Source: Lobosporangium transversale
Lineage: Eukaryota
Length of the DNA stretch: 64,000 bases
Assembly: GCF_002105155.1 (NCBI RefSeq)
Contig: NW_019028988.1
Coordinates: 558,001-622,000 of the forward strand
Direction of reading: 5' to 3'
Shown here in pieces: positions 42,288 to 54,683 of the stretch. The notes below the pieces were generated by a model, which had not been told where the DNA came from, did no database searches, and saw only the letters and a program-made list of their open reading frames with translations. The translations under genes were made by a program, and so were the position numbers. The first letter of the stretch is position 1, and each line of letters begins with the position of its first letter.

Positions 42288-44673
42288 ATGTTATCCCTAA
42301 ACACCTCATCCTCTACCTTCACTCAGCCTAGCACCCCAGTTTTGATCGTTGGTGCTGGCCCTACAGGTATTTTTGCAGGTCTTCTTCTAACCAAAATGGG
42401 CATTCCACATCGCTTGATCGAGCGTCAACACGAAGTCTCCAAGCTATCCAAGTCTCTGGTGATCCATGCACGCACTCTTGAGATCTTCCATATGCTTAGC
42501 CACGATCACAGCCATAATCTTCCCAAGATCGACCTCATCAACAAATTCATGAACTCGGGCACATTTTTGGCTGACTTCCATTGCTACCTTGGTACCAAAC
42601 TCTTCTCAACCATCCCAATGCTGAGAAACTCCGAGTCCCATTTCACTGAAGCCCTCCTTATTGAGCAATCCAAGACTGTTACCATTTTGACCGAAGAATA
42701 TGAAAAACTTGGTGGACAAATCGAACGTGGATGGGAATTAATGGATACTAGAGTAATAGAAGAGGGAAAGGGGGAGGAAAGCTTTGGGGTATCTAATCCT
42801 CAGAAGGGGAAAACGTTTGTAGAAACCACAATCCGACGTGTCAAAGCCGGCGTCAACATTCGCTCGAATGAGAGCAAAGTCTTGGGAGCCATTGAACTAG
42901 AGGCTGACCTAAAGGATAAAGAATATGATTACGAAGTGGTCCGATCTGAATATTTGATTGCATCCGATGGGGGTAAATCTACGGTCCGCCATAAGCTGAA
43001 CATCGCTTTTCCAGGTCGGACCCTTGGCAAGAATATAATCATTTACGACGGGCAAGTAACAGCGAACATTCCTGTGGACAAAATTTTGTAAGTGTTTCCT
43101 TATGGACCGTATTCATATCGTTTCACATGTTGCAACATTTCTCGACAGAGTGAGCTTTAGCAATAAAATAACATGCAGCCTTTTTTAATTTACGCACGGT
43201 AGAATCCTTATTGGGGACAGCGGACGTACCGCAATATCATTTCCTTTGGGTGATAATCGTATCCGTCTGATGCTTGACTGTGGTGACATTGCCCCTGGCA
43301 ATGATAAAATCCAGGAGGCGGAAGAGCTCACAATCCCTAAATTCCAGAAGATTCTGGACGAGGCCATTTCCCCAGCCAAAATGCAGATCCTCGACTGTAA
43401 ATGGTTGACCTATTACCGCGTCAATGAGCGCCTTGCAGACCGATACTCAGATAAGGGACGGATCTTCCTGTGTGGAGATGCTGCTCACGTTCACTCGCCT
43501 GCTGGCGGTCAAGGTACCACAATCTTGTTTCGTCTCGAGGAGGAAAAAAAAAAAAGTTGATCCAATTTCACGTTTTCTAGATTGTACTAAAACATACTCT
43601 TCTCTTGCATGAATAAATAACAAAGGATTAAACATGGGGCTTCAGGATGCGTTTAACTTGACTTGGAAAATGTCGCTTGTGCTCAAGGGCTCTGCTCCCG
43701 GATCCATCCTCGACACATATGAAGCTGAACATTCCGAAGTCGCTCGAAATATCGTTAAGCTTTCGGCTGGTCTCTTTGGCGGCGTCATAGCGGAAGGCTT
43801 TTGGCAGAAGCTGCTAAAGCGATTTGCGCTCCTAACAGCGCCCTATATCCTGCCCCGTATACCGCAAGGTCCACCTATGTGCATGGTAAAAAAAAAAAAA
43901 AGTAACAAACAGTAACATACACACTTCTCTTTTAAACAACTTGTTCCTAACTTGGAACTATTATTTCCCTTTAGCTTCGAATTCGATACCGCGAGAATAA
44001 TATCAATAGGAGGTGTCCCACACAATCAGCCCCGGCAGAGGAGTTCCAAGTCGGGGTTCGTGCTCGCGATGGTGCCCTATCGATTATTTGTACCGAAAAT
44101 CTCAGGGACGTCAATGAACAACAGCATCTGCGTCTACATGATCTCCTGATCGGCCCAGGCATTTTCCATATCCTTGTCTTCACATCCGATATGCTGGCTA
44201 AGGACATCGCTACTGACCTCAAAGATATCCGCACAACCGTTGCTTATAATCTTTCTAAAAACATTGAGACCTCTCTTGCTACTTGGGGAGTCAACTGGGA
44301 ACAGACACAGAACAACACGGGCGACGATGCAAAGAATAAGTACCGCAGAAATAGCAATACGGGCCAATCCAAAATGTTCATGATTCATGTAATCACCGCA
44401 CCCATTTCCCAACCCGATTTCGAAACGCTCTCGGTCTTGACAAATAAGTCTTTTGGAGCCGGTAAACTGTATCTAGATGAGGACGCCGCCCTACTACATC
44501 GACGGTATGGTATCCCCACAAGAGGTGGACCAGGCTCCATTGTATTATTACGCCCGGATTCATATATTGCTTACAGAGTCCAAGGCGTAAGTGATTCCGC
44601 ATGGATGGATGTAGATAAGTATCTGAACTCAATCTTGATTCTCCCGTCTAAAAATGTGGAATTAAGGCTGTAA
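42288..44673 (+). CDS. FAD-dependent aromatic monooxygenase (FAD_binding_3, phenol/pentachlorophenol hydroxylase-like), 4-5 exons
   Basis: VLIVGAGPTG, DGGKSTVR, RIFLCGDAAHVHSPAGGQG, MGLQDAFNL and C-terminal LLRPDSYIA. Confidence 0.92.
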
Positions 44674-45699
44674 AGCATACATATAAAAAAAAAAAATACA
44701 AAAAGCATATTTTTTTGCCTATATCTTTTAATGTCAATGTACATGGTGAGAATACGACAGTTTACGAAAGAGAAATTAGAAAAGTAAATGCCTGATAGCT
44801 TTACACTTGACGTTCTCTTGAAGTGTTGTCGGATATCATGACTCGATTGTAAAAAACATTTGTCTATTTTGTTATGAACATCACGCGCGCGTCATCCATG
44901 AAATTGAGGAATGCGCCCCCAATTCCGCGTGGTCTGAAGACCCCAAAACTTGATTTACAGCAGAAATGTGTGTAATACAAAATACAAAATCGACATACCC
45001 TAATGCGCAGCTCTTTGCGTATCTTTACTCATGCCATTTAGGACAGTGGTTTTCCTTTTTTTTTAACGTCTTAGCTTCGCCTTCGTGGATGTTTCAAAAT
45101 ACCTGTAAAACATATTGACTAATAGGGTTAAGATCACTAGTAGGGTCAGAAAGAACTCTTTACTCCTTTCCTATCGTTTCACATACATATGCATAATTTT
45201 CATCGACTTATTACTACAATTTCCTGATAGAAAATATGCCACAAAATTAAAACTTTGTTTCTTTGGAACAGAAAAGGGTACAGCCTTGCAACAATAGCCT
45301 TTCTCTATTCATTTTTGCGGATAAAGTAACCCGCGTGACTAAAGATCAAACGTCGTCGACTACTGTTACGCTAATTATATACGCTCCATCTCTTCGATCT
45401 CGGAAAAAAAAAAATAAGTGCAATGACGCACAAAGACTTGGAATAGACAGATACCTTTTTAGCGACACAGCTCTCTCTTTCCTTAGTGCCTTGGTTGTGC
45501 CGCTCATTCACCTTTCCTCTCACATATTGACATTCCTACTAAAATTACGTGGCAAAGTGGCAGTGTCCAGCATATCCCATGTAAAGTTCGACAAAAGGGG
45601 GTATAAAAATGGGCCTTCCCAACACTTTCCATCTCTCCTTCTTTCCAAAAAAAAAAAAAAAAATTCAAGCCATTATCGGAACAGAACCTATTCAAGACG

Positions 45700-46644
45700 A
45701 TGAATGAAAGAACAGATACAACGATAACTCCCCAGGATCAACACATGATGGAATACACACTCTCCATGACAACAATCAGTAGTAGCACTATCACTTTAAG
45801 TACGACTACTACTCACAATTCTGGAAATAATGACACTACAATGACAATTGATACCTGTGAAGATCCTCTCATGATGCAGTACGCCATGTCTATATCCTTG
45901 ACCAACGACAACAAGGACAACAACAGCAGCAGTATTATCGACACCAATGGTCCCGACGGTCAAATCCAAATCTTAGATCAGGATCAAAGTCAAAATCGCT
46001 CACACAGTTTTTCACCTCAAGAGCTCTCTGACAAACTAAACCGCATCAAACAACAACAACAACAGCTTCCAACCCTTCTTCATTGTCCCACATCTCACAC
46101 CAATGGATCTGGAGCGCTGCCGAAAGTACTCTGCCCCAGCGGCACCGTAGTGACTAATACTTCTCGGCTATACGCACATTCTCGATCACAGTCCCGAACT
46201 CACTCTCGAACCCAATCCTGTAATCATTCCCGTAGTGCATCTAAGGACAAATCATCTTCTCCTTCTCATCGACATTCCCGCAGTCCTTCTTGTGACCGTG
46301 ATGTAACAGATTCAAAGAGCTCTTGCAACAAATGTTCGACTGCGACGGCCACACATACACTTTCCATCGATACTAACCAAAAGACCCCTTCAAGGCCGCG
46401 TACACCTCAGCAAGCACTCCAGGAGATTTTAGAGCATATCAACCTACGTCAAAACCATCATCATCATCACCAGCACTCTGGTCACTGTCATAATCAGTAC
46501 GATAAGGAAAGAGACAGTCAAGATCTGGATTCAACGAACATACGGAGACTTCATCGCCATAAACTGAACCCAGATCTACTCAAGGACCAAAATCTTACAC
46601 TCAAACAAGCACATGGGCAGGCAAACCTGCGGCACAGCGAGTAA
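45700..46644 (+). CDS. Hypothetical low-complexity Ser/Thr/His-rich protein (314 aa)
   Basis: Single long ORF free of poly-A/T tracts, with SRS repeats. No domain recognised. Confidence 0.5.
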   Translation: MNERTDTTITPQDQHMMEYTLSMTTISSSTITLSTTTTHNSGNNDTTMTIDTCEDPLMMQYAMSISLTNDNKDNNSSSIIDTNGPDGQIQILDQDQSQNRSHSFSPQELSDKLNRIKQQQQQLPTLLHCPTSHTNGSGALPKVLCPSGTVVTNTSRLYAHSRSQSRTHSRTQSCNHSRSASKDKSSSPSHRHSRSPSCDRDVTDSKSSCNKCSTATATHTLSIDTNQKTPSRPRTPQQALQEILEHINLRQNHHHHHQHSGHCHNQYDKERDSQDLDSTNIRRLHRHKLNPDLLKDQNLTLKQAHGQANLRHSE

Positions 46645-46955
46645 AAAAAAAAAAAAAAAGAGCAGACATGACGATCAGATAAATTTATATTTTACTCGGT
46701 CGACACCATTGAGCCATATCGACTTCGGGTTATTGTTTGTCTACTTCTTTATTTATACAAAGCAATTCATACCGCAGTCATGATGTAACAACAGTAGAAA
46801 TAATCAACACTTACCATTAATAATAAAAATAATAAAACAATTAGTAGCAATAATATAATAATAATAATAAAATATAATAATAATACTAGAATAATATTGG
46901 CCCTGCATACATTAGCCATTTTGCACAATATTATATTTGATGTGTCGGGAAAAGT

Positions 46956-47086
46956 CTAGTTATTTTCTATCGTGGGAGAGCTATGCACATGTGCCCTGCT
47001 AGAAGATACCGCGGTTGTTGTCATGGTTGACGACGCTGGCATGCCAGTATTATTAAAATATAATGAAGTCAACTTACGGACTTCAT

Positions 47087-47117
<31 letters not shown>

Positions 47118-47946
47118 AAAATAAAAATAAAATAAAAAAAAGAATTAGAGGATTGATTTGTCTACATATTAGTTTTTTTTTTTTTTTTTTTTTCTTCCTA
47201 AAGCCATGTTTTACCTTCCACTTCTACCAATGTGCTATCTTTGCGAGATACAATCATGTACACTTCACGATCTTCGAACCGCTTGCCCACAATCCAATGG
47301 TTGGAAGGCGACCGCGTCGTGATCTCTGAAGCACCCGGCATACTTGGTAGCGTGGACAATTTTTAAATAAGTGAAGAGAAGAATTAGGAAATGTCGATAA
47401 ACATCCTTTTCATATAACATAAGATGTATCCTTAGCTTACCGATCAAAGTCTTGTTTGATGTCTAATAATGACAATGCCATATCGGATCCAATAGTGAAT
47501 CCACCTCTGCCAGTTGTAGATCCTAACTGTACCTTGATTGCCAAATTCATTTTGTTAAAGTATACAAATCGGATCTCCTTATCGATTCCACTGCCCCCTC
47601 CACTTCCATTGCCATTATTACTTCCTGGAGAAAATGCGCCCCCTAGTGTGCGTGCTGTGATTGACTCCTTCACCATTTGTCTTGCGACTTCCTCAAGAAG
47701 CGATCGCGTGATAATGCTTTCACTGCTATTACTACTGCCGCTACCATTGGGGTCCAGTAATGGAGGGTCATAGATCATTCCCGATAGAAACTCTTCTAGC
47801 TCTCGTGTAAATTGCTCCGGATTGTCAATCAGCTGTTGCGACGCTGAATTTGCTAGAGACGCAAAAAAGCATATGTTGAGTCCACTTTTGTGCTAGTATA
47901 CGATATGTTGTAAAGGTGATCGATATTGAGGAAATAAAATAATATG

Positions 47947-47988
<42 letters not shown>

Positions 47989-49661
47989 GAAAATAAGTAT
48001 AGCAACAATTATCTCTTTTGTTTGATTACTTTACCTTGAATGTAATTCCCAAATGTTCCTCAACATCCTCACTATTAGCATCCTGCCCGTACCAAAGAGG
48101 ATTCACCTGAGCTTTGCCACCTGCCGTCAGCAGTGCCTCAGACTCCCCGGATGGTCGAGGACTTGACCCAGCGGTGTTTATATCTGGCGCTGAGAGTGTA
48201 TTTGCATTTGAACTGCCCGGGATAGTAATGCCTTCAACACTCCGAATAGATGGTGCTGGCGAGCTGACACGTGAAGCAGGACGAAGAGGCGGTGTTGAAG
48301 GCGGTGTAGTTGCTGAAGGGGATGACCGATAAAATCCAAAAATGCTGGTGTTGGACCATGATTTTCCGAATCTAAATGTGGAAGTTTGCTGAGGCGGTCA
48401 AAAGAAAATAACGAGTCGATGCATATTTGAAGAAGGAGCGATTAGAATAAGATTGATATGAAATGCTTTTTGGCTAAACGAGGATAAACCAAAATAATAA
48501 AAAAAAAGGAAAGGGCCTGTCTCTTTACCTTTCGCTTCCGTGCTTCTTCTTCTTCCCGTCGGTCTAATAATGAGCTCATGCTTGCACTATCGTATCCGGT
48601 TATTTGTAACACATGGTTCCAAACCGCTTTGAGGTCTTCATCTCGAATATCACTGGCCACCAGCTGGTCCTCGAACGTTATCATAGAATGTGTTATCAGT
48701 CCTTTATATCTCTCTCGTACACTCCTCACGATCTGATCAATATTCTGGAACCCGACTCCTGTTTTACTCAGTGGCAAATAATGAATCCCATCCAAGGCTC
48801 GTTCCAATGTCATGTCCTTCTCAAAATTCCAACCAAGGACCCAGGATTCGAAAAACTCTTCTAGTCGCCGCTGTAATGGTCTTGTATTCCCATTATGTGC
48901 TATGACGAGACTTTCCATAGTTCCATTGGCAACCTTGTACATCGCATAAGCCTGTCGAAGTAGTGCTGAAACAATTGCATCATGGATCTCATGCTCTAAA
49001 TATTCAATCACCACGCGGTACTTTCCATCAGCACCCTTAATAGATCGTCTGATTGTTCCAAGTTCTATACACTGAGTCGAACCGACACCCCAGACCGATG
49101 TAGGGACATGGTATCAAGATAAACCAGTCAGATTTAAGGTGCTTTACTGTTGTCATTTTATGGAGAGTATCTGTAGTGTGAGCCTACCAAATGCAGCCAA
49201 TATCCTGGCTCGGCTTCATAAAATACCAGTCGGTTTTTCTGAGAATGCACGTTCTCGCATGGGGCCGTGGGTGAGAATATCCTATTGCACGTTATGATCA
49301 AGGTCAAGGTCAAGGTCAAAGGTCAAAGGCTGTCAAGCGCCAGCCATCTCTTGGTTTTTTTCGTCACGAAAAATTATTTCGAAACCTTCTCATCCATTGC
49401 GCTGGGTCTTGGTTACCGTGCAAAGTTGACCAGTCCTTGTGCTAAACCAATATTTCGCATCTTCACATCCATGGACACGGTCTTTCGAGCCACATAATAG
49501 AGTAATTGTTCATGTTGTGTCTCGTCAGTAGGTCCAAATTCAGGGTTGTAGATGCAAAAGTAGCCTAAAGAAGATGAAGTGGAAGCTGGTCCTGAGGATG
49601 ATGACGATGATGAGGGTCCTACTGCAGGTTTGGGCGAGGTTGCGCCAGATGTGCCGTACAT
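46956..49661 (-). CDS. CCZ1: Vacuolar fusion protein CCZ1 (Mon1-Ccz1 Rab7/Ypt7 GEF subunit), multi-exon
   Basis: LGYFCIYNPEFGPTDETQHEQLLYY..KMRNIGLAQGLVNFAR, LLRQAYAMYKVANG, GIHYLPL, RFVYFNKMNLAIK and STLVEVE|DEVRKLTSLYF match the Ccz1 longin-domain pattern. Confidence 0.88.
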
Positions 49662-50272
49662 TGAGAGTGCCGCTCTAGGCTACCAAGAAAAGGTTAAAAA
49701 AAAAAAAAAAAAGTAATGAAAGAATGCAAGGCAAGAGCAAACATTTTTAGCAGCCCCAAATGTGACGCCCCGAAAACCATGTCATAATCAGGACGCGACC
49801 TTTTTTTTTCTTTTTTAGCGCACTAAACAAATGGTCACGATAATAGATATCACAGTATGGAGAAGGAAAGCATGGTTCTCAATTTCATTTATTGTCCTAC
49901 ATATTGGGTGGACAATAATCTATAATGGATTATGATGCCAAATCCAGCCCTTTTTCCATTTAAGGGTATTATGTTTCATGTCTGTACGTACAAGACATGT
50001 GTCCGTTTTGTGGCTTTTACTCCGACACTTGTCCTGAAATTTGAATTGACATCAAATCCATCGAAATTTTAACAATGTCATCATGGCATGCTAAAGATCT
50101 CTTTCTTTCTTCTTTATTTTACGCCTTCATTCCTCCATACATTCATATACACAATAAAACAATAAAACCTACAATACACAGAGTAGACTTGCCCTCTCCC
50201 CTGACTAAAACTGAGAAAAATAACGGCACATTCGCATTTTCAAAGGTTCATTCCTGCTTGCTCACTTTCAAA

Positions 50273-53200
50273 ATGACAAACAACAACGAAAAGATTTTAT
50301 CCAATTTCACCTGCATGGATTTGGAACAAAGCACCAGTCAGACGAAGCCAACCAAGTCAAGTACTCGCACTGGATCCACTCGTGCAGCACCGAGGAGAAA
50401 AAGAGTTATTCTGACTGACGAAACGACTCCAGAGCCTTCACCAGTGGCACAGACTGCTAGAGTTAGTGCAAAGTCTTTTAAGCGCCCTAGGCGTTGTGAG
50501 GCTGATTCTTTATCCTCAAATGTCCTTCACTCCGGTCCATTGACAGAAGAAGAGCTGGCCCTGGCGAACGCACGGAAGGAGTCGGCGAGAAGTGTGCTGC
50601 AGATGATTTTAGATGATCCAGATTCATCGACGACAGTGAATCAATATAAGACACAGCTCCGGCTGTGGGAGGTATGTTGGATCATCAAAATGTCGCTATG
50701 AGCTATCTCAGACAGGCTATCAAACTAGACGACTTGGCTAATTCTCTTTTTTGTTTTTAGCAATACTGCAATGAAAATTATCAAGGTGACTGTAGCGTCG
50801 ATGCGAAACGCATGCTTGAATACTTCACAACGGTTGTCTTCAAGCGAACAGTAAAGCGATTGATCGGCACAGATCGTTGCTACCGTGGCGCTATTGGGTA
50901 TGCCCAGCAGGGTGGAGGAGATTCTTCGAATTCTCAGGCTGGGGAAGACGCAGTCTATGAGGGAGAAGAGATCGACGAATTAGTCGAGGCAGATATCGAC
51001 GAACATGAACTAAGCGACATGGAGCAGAGACTGGAGACATTAGATAACAGCGAGCAAGTTGATGACGACGACGGCCAAAGCATAGACCAAGGTCAACAAC
51101 AGGGACAGGGTCAGGGACAGGGTCAGGAACAGGATCAGGAACGGAGACAGGGTCAGGGACAGGGACAGGAACAAGGACAGGAACAGGAACAGGATGAAGA
51201 TCTGGAGCTTCAGCTGAGGTCATTGGCACAGAGAGGTAAGAAGGCTCCTCCCTCCTGGGATAATATGGAGCCACCTGAAGGAGTCGACCCACATCAATGG
51301 CAGATTGATATAGCATTGAATGATGAGGAGCGAGCATCACATGAAGCTGTAACTGTTGGGGGTTCAAGCAAGAACATCACGCCGAAGCGGAAGACTGCAG
51401 CCGTTATCAGGACTGAAAATGAAAGAGAACAAGGTATGTAAAGATAACCATGTATTAATATATAAATTGTTATACAGTACTGGGATCCAAACCTTTGGGA
51501 AGGCTCCGCCATCACGCGTACCCCAGGTGACAAGACACCATGGCCGCAACTCAGTGTTAATTATCAATATAAATAGCCTACTAAATTATGACTTAATAAA
51601 CCATTCCTTAATCCTGCATCCACCTTAATGTATCTTTGATTGTTACAATTTACACTAATGGTTGATACTTTTTATTATATATACAATTACTTTTTTTTTT
51701 TTTTTTTTTTTTTTTTGGATATACTTTTGCGTTTGTAGTTATCCTGCAAGCACCAGAGGACAAACATGGCAGCAAAATTGTCTTTGTTCCTCTCACGCTG
51801 GGGACAGTCGCAAATGTTAAGAAGGCTTTGCAATACTTATGGAGGCAACAGTCTTCTTCGACAGCTCCGTATCCCAATCCCGCCCCAAACCCAAGAACGG
51901 ATGTACCACTAGCGGAGGCGATCAAAAATTATGGAGAGAAACTTGTCCATCACAAAGTAACGACAGGCACCTTATCCCGCACTGCCACCTGTGCCGTACG
52001 AGAACCTTACAACACTAAAATGTACCTGCGTATGTTGGCCTTTACATGGCGCATGCTTCCGACGGTTGGAGTAAGCGGCAGGCGACCTTACGACAGTGTT
52101 ACAAGATTTCAGTATATGAGGGAGAGGCTATGCCTCCTTGCACGCCATCATATGTTGCTGCGGGATGAGGACATCCGAAACTTGAACCTGGCTAACACAT
52201 TCAATATTCAGACCCGTCACCCCGCGCCAGGGTCAAAGCTGGCGTCGGGGCTTGTCTTCTGCATCACACGTGGAAAGACAAACCATAAAGGTGTCGAACT
52301 CTATGCGACAGCTTATCGACATAAGCTGTTCTTAAGGTGCACCGTGGGCGGGTTTGCATTTTATATGCTAGAACGGTTCCAGGTAAATGATGCCGTCAGT
52401 CTTGACGCGAGCGTATGATTTTTTCTCATTCAATTACACAAAGTGACATATATCCTTATTTTTTTTTTTCCCTATTGTAGGTGTTCAAGGAGCCTCTTCC
52501 CAATTTTGCGGACCCTGACGAGTGGTACAGCATCAAGGTGCTAACAGGGGGTGGAACAAGCCAAGAACGGTTAGAGAACCGAAAGGAAGCGCTTGTTGGC
52601 CGAACCCAAATGAGCACTACGGCGGCTGTAATGCGTGCCTGCGACGTGCATTCGGCCAAAATTACGCACTCTGGCCGACATGCAGGGGTCTCGGAAGCCT
52701 ACGAAAGAGGCTTAAGCCTGGACGATATTCGCCACTTGGGAAGGTGGGTCATGGGGCAAATGGAGAACTTCTATGCTCCAAAAAACCCAACCAGGGGCGC
52801 TTTTTGTATGGCTCAGTTTGGACCGAATGAGCCTTACTTTATCGAGCGTGATTTGGTCACCCCGCCCTTAGAGCTCCAGCGTCTGGTCTTTCCTTGGATT
52901 GAGGAAAATTTTGATAAAGATATGCCGGAGAGAGCTGACTCCTGGAGAGAGGAGTGCGCCAAAGAAATGCTGGGGGTCGATCCAAATGTCCCGACAGACG
53001 AAGACATTTTTTGGACGCCAATCGAGAAGAAGACGAGCTCGAAACGATTGACCCGTGCCTTCAGCACTGACTCCCTTGTTACACGCATTGGGTTCCTCAA
53101 ACTTCTTGTGCGTATGAGGCGAGTAATCCTTCAGGATGCAGTGCTCTTTTTGAAGCCGAACGACAAGGGGAAAATGTTGGAGAACAAACTCCTCGAGTCG

Positions 53201-54109
53201 TTACCAGAAATCTTTGGTTGCCAGCTCTTTCTGGATTTCCAACATCAATTGCTTCGGGCCATCGACGTACATCGCCGACAAGCAGGCATCATCCAAGCGG
53301 ATGTGCCAGTTAATGCGCAAACTATGGTAAGCGCCATTAACACGTTGTCGGTAGAGGCGCGGGTCTTTCATCAACTCCAGCATGAGACGGTCCAGAAGCT
53401 CGAGGCCCTATCCACCCTTGTGACAGAGCAACAGGAGCAACAGAGGCAGCAACAGGAGCAAATCCACTTACTTCTCCAATCGCTGCAGCAGCAACAAAGC
53501 GCAAATGTGCGGCAGCCTTTTCCATATCATGTGCAGTCTTGCCCGCCCTTTGTGTTTAATCCTTCTCCATTGGCGCCAGCACAGAGCCGCCTAGCTTCTT
53601 TTCCTTCGGTTCCTCAGGCTCCTACTACGCAGGGTCTATATCAAGCTCGCCAGGCCACTCCACCGCAACAGCAGCCATTATTTTCCAACCAATTGCCACC
53701 ATGTCCTCAGCAACAGCCATATCAACATAGCCATGTGCAGGCTCCAATGACCTCAGAGCAGACACAACGATTGCCGGAAGATGAAAGGTATAAAGGCTAC
53801 CTCATGAAAGGCGATGGCAAGCAATTGACGGTCAGGGAAGCATGGGATGAATTCCGTGGGCCCGTTGCTCAGGCAAAGCAGGAAAATCACAAATGGCCAT
53901 TCACAGAGGCGCGTCACAAGGCATTCAGGCGCAGGCGTCAAATTTTCGATCTGATAAAGAATATTGCCGAAAAACAGAAGCGAGACTTCGAAGAGGTAGT
54001 AGACGCACTGACAGCTCAGTACAAGGGTCGGACAATCAATTCCATTCGACTAGAGCTTCTGAAAGACACCGGGAATGACGAAGGCTGCCACCAAGATGCG
54101 GACGAGTAG
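50273..54109 (+). CDS. Crypton tyrosine recombinase (NDC10_II-like YR plus GCR1_C-like domain), copy 1; exons 50273-50671, 50761-51433, 51739-52382, 52481-54109 (1114 aa)
   Basis: Exon lengths sum to 3345 nt, in frame. Catalytic motifs LLRDEDIR (R), RGKTN (K), KITHSGRHAG (HxxR), HLGRW (W) and MENFY (Y). C-terminus YLMK..LTVREAWDEF..KW..AFRRRRQIFDLI is GCR1_C-like. Start codon is uncertain. Confidence 0.9.
51088..51193 (+). repeat. Hexamer repeat (CAGGGT/CAGGGA/CAGGAA) encoding a GQ/EQ tract in the recombinase; also at 55855-55960
   Basis: QGQQQGQGQGQGQEQDQERRQGQGQGQEQGQEQEQ. Confidence 0.85.
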
Positions 54110-54543
54110 ATGAGTAAGGGTAATTTTTTTTTTTCTTTTTTTTTTTTATATATACATATATATATATCCTCGGATACAAATTTAAGCAATAAAGCACAAA
54201 GTAGTGATGGTGTCGGAAATACCAAGACATGAACTGAGCTACAAGAGGCAGAAAACTGTTGGCTGCATCCTTGAGCCAAAAGAGGCTGAGAAAATACAAT
54301 GTACAAGCAATCCATTGTCGTGAAATTTGTGATATTCCAAGGTGTTTAGCATAAGTATCATCCAGGAAAAAGCATTATCGTCAACATTATTAACAAGACA
54401 AAACACCATCAAAGCACTATCAAAGCATTTTTGACTCGACTCGGCTACCAACGCACTATAACAGAAATAATTGAATACTTCATCAATATAAAAACTGTCA
54501 TGTTTAATCATTAACACTGTCTCTACCATAAAAAGATTTTGTC

Positions 54544-54594
54544 TATTTCGCTTCACAAATCCATTTTGTGGAAAAAGATTTGTGAAGCGAAATA
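54544..54594. repeat. 18-bp perfect inverted repeat with 15-bp spacer near the element right end (also 59296-59346)
   Basis: TATTTCGCTTCACAAATC (54544-54561) / GATTTGTGAAGCGAAATA (54577-54594). Confidence 0.95.
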
Positions 54595-54620
54595 TAAAAA
54601 TTTTGTGACTTGGTATCCTT

Positions 54621-54667
54621 CTGTGTCCACCTGTGTCCGCCTGTGTCCATCTGAATGGACACAGGTG
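54621..54667. repeat. Three 10-bp-spaced CTGTGTCC direct repeats plus one inverted copy forming an 11-bp hairpin (also 59373-59419)
   Basis: ctgtgtccac ctgtgtccgc ctgtgtccat ctga atggacacaggtg. Confidence 0.95.
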
Positions 54668-54683
54668 AGCAATTTCGTTTCAC

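Noticed and set aside
50891..51367. 158-aa antisense ORF with PV/PD repeats (and its copy at 55658-56134)
   Set aside because: Shadow of the GQ/EQ hexamer repeat on the coding strand.
54621..54667. CRISPR-like repeat array
   Set aside because: Repeats are 8 bp with 2-bp gaps, there are no spacers or cas genes, and the context is eukaryotic.
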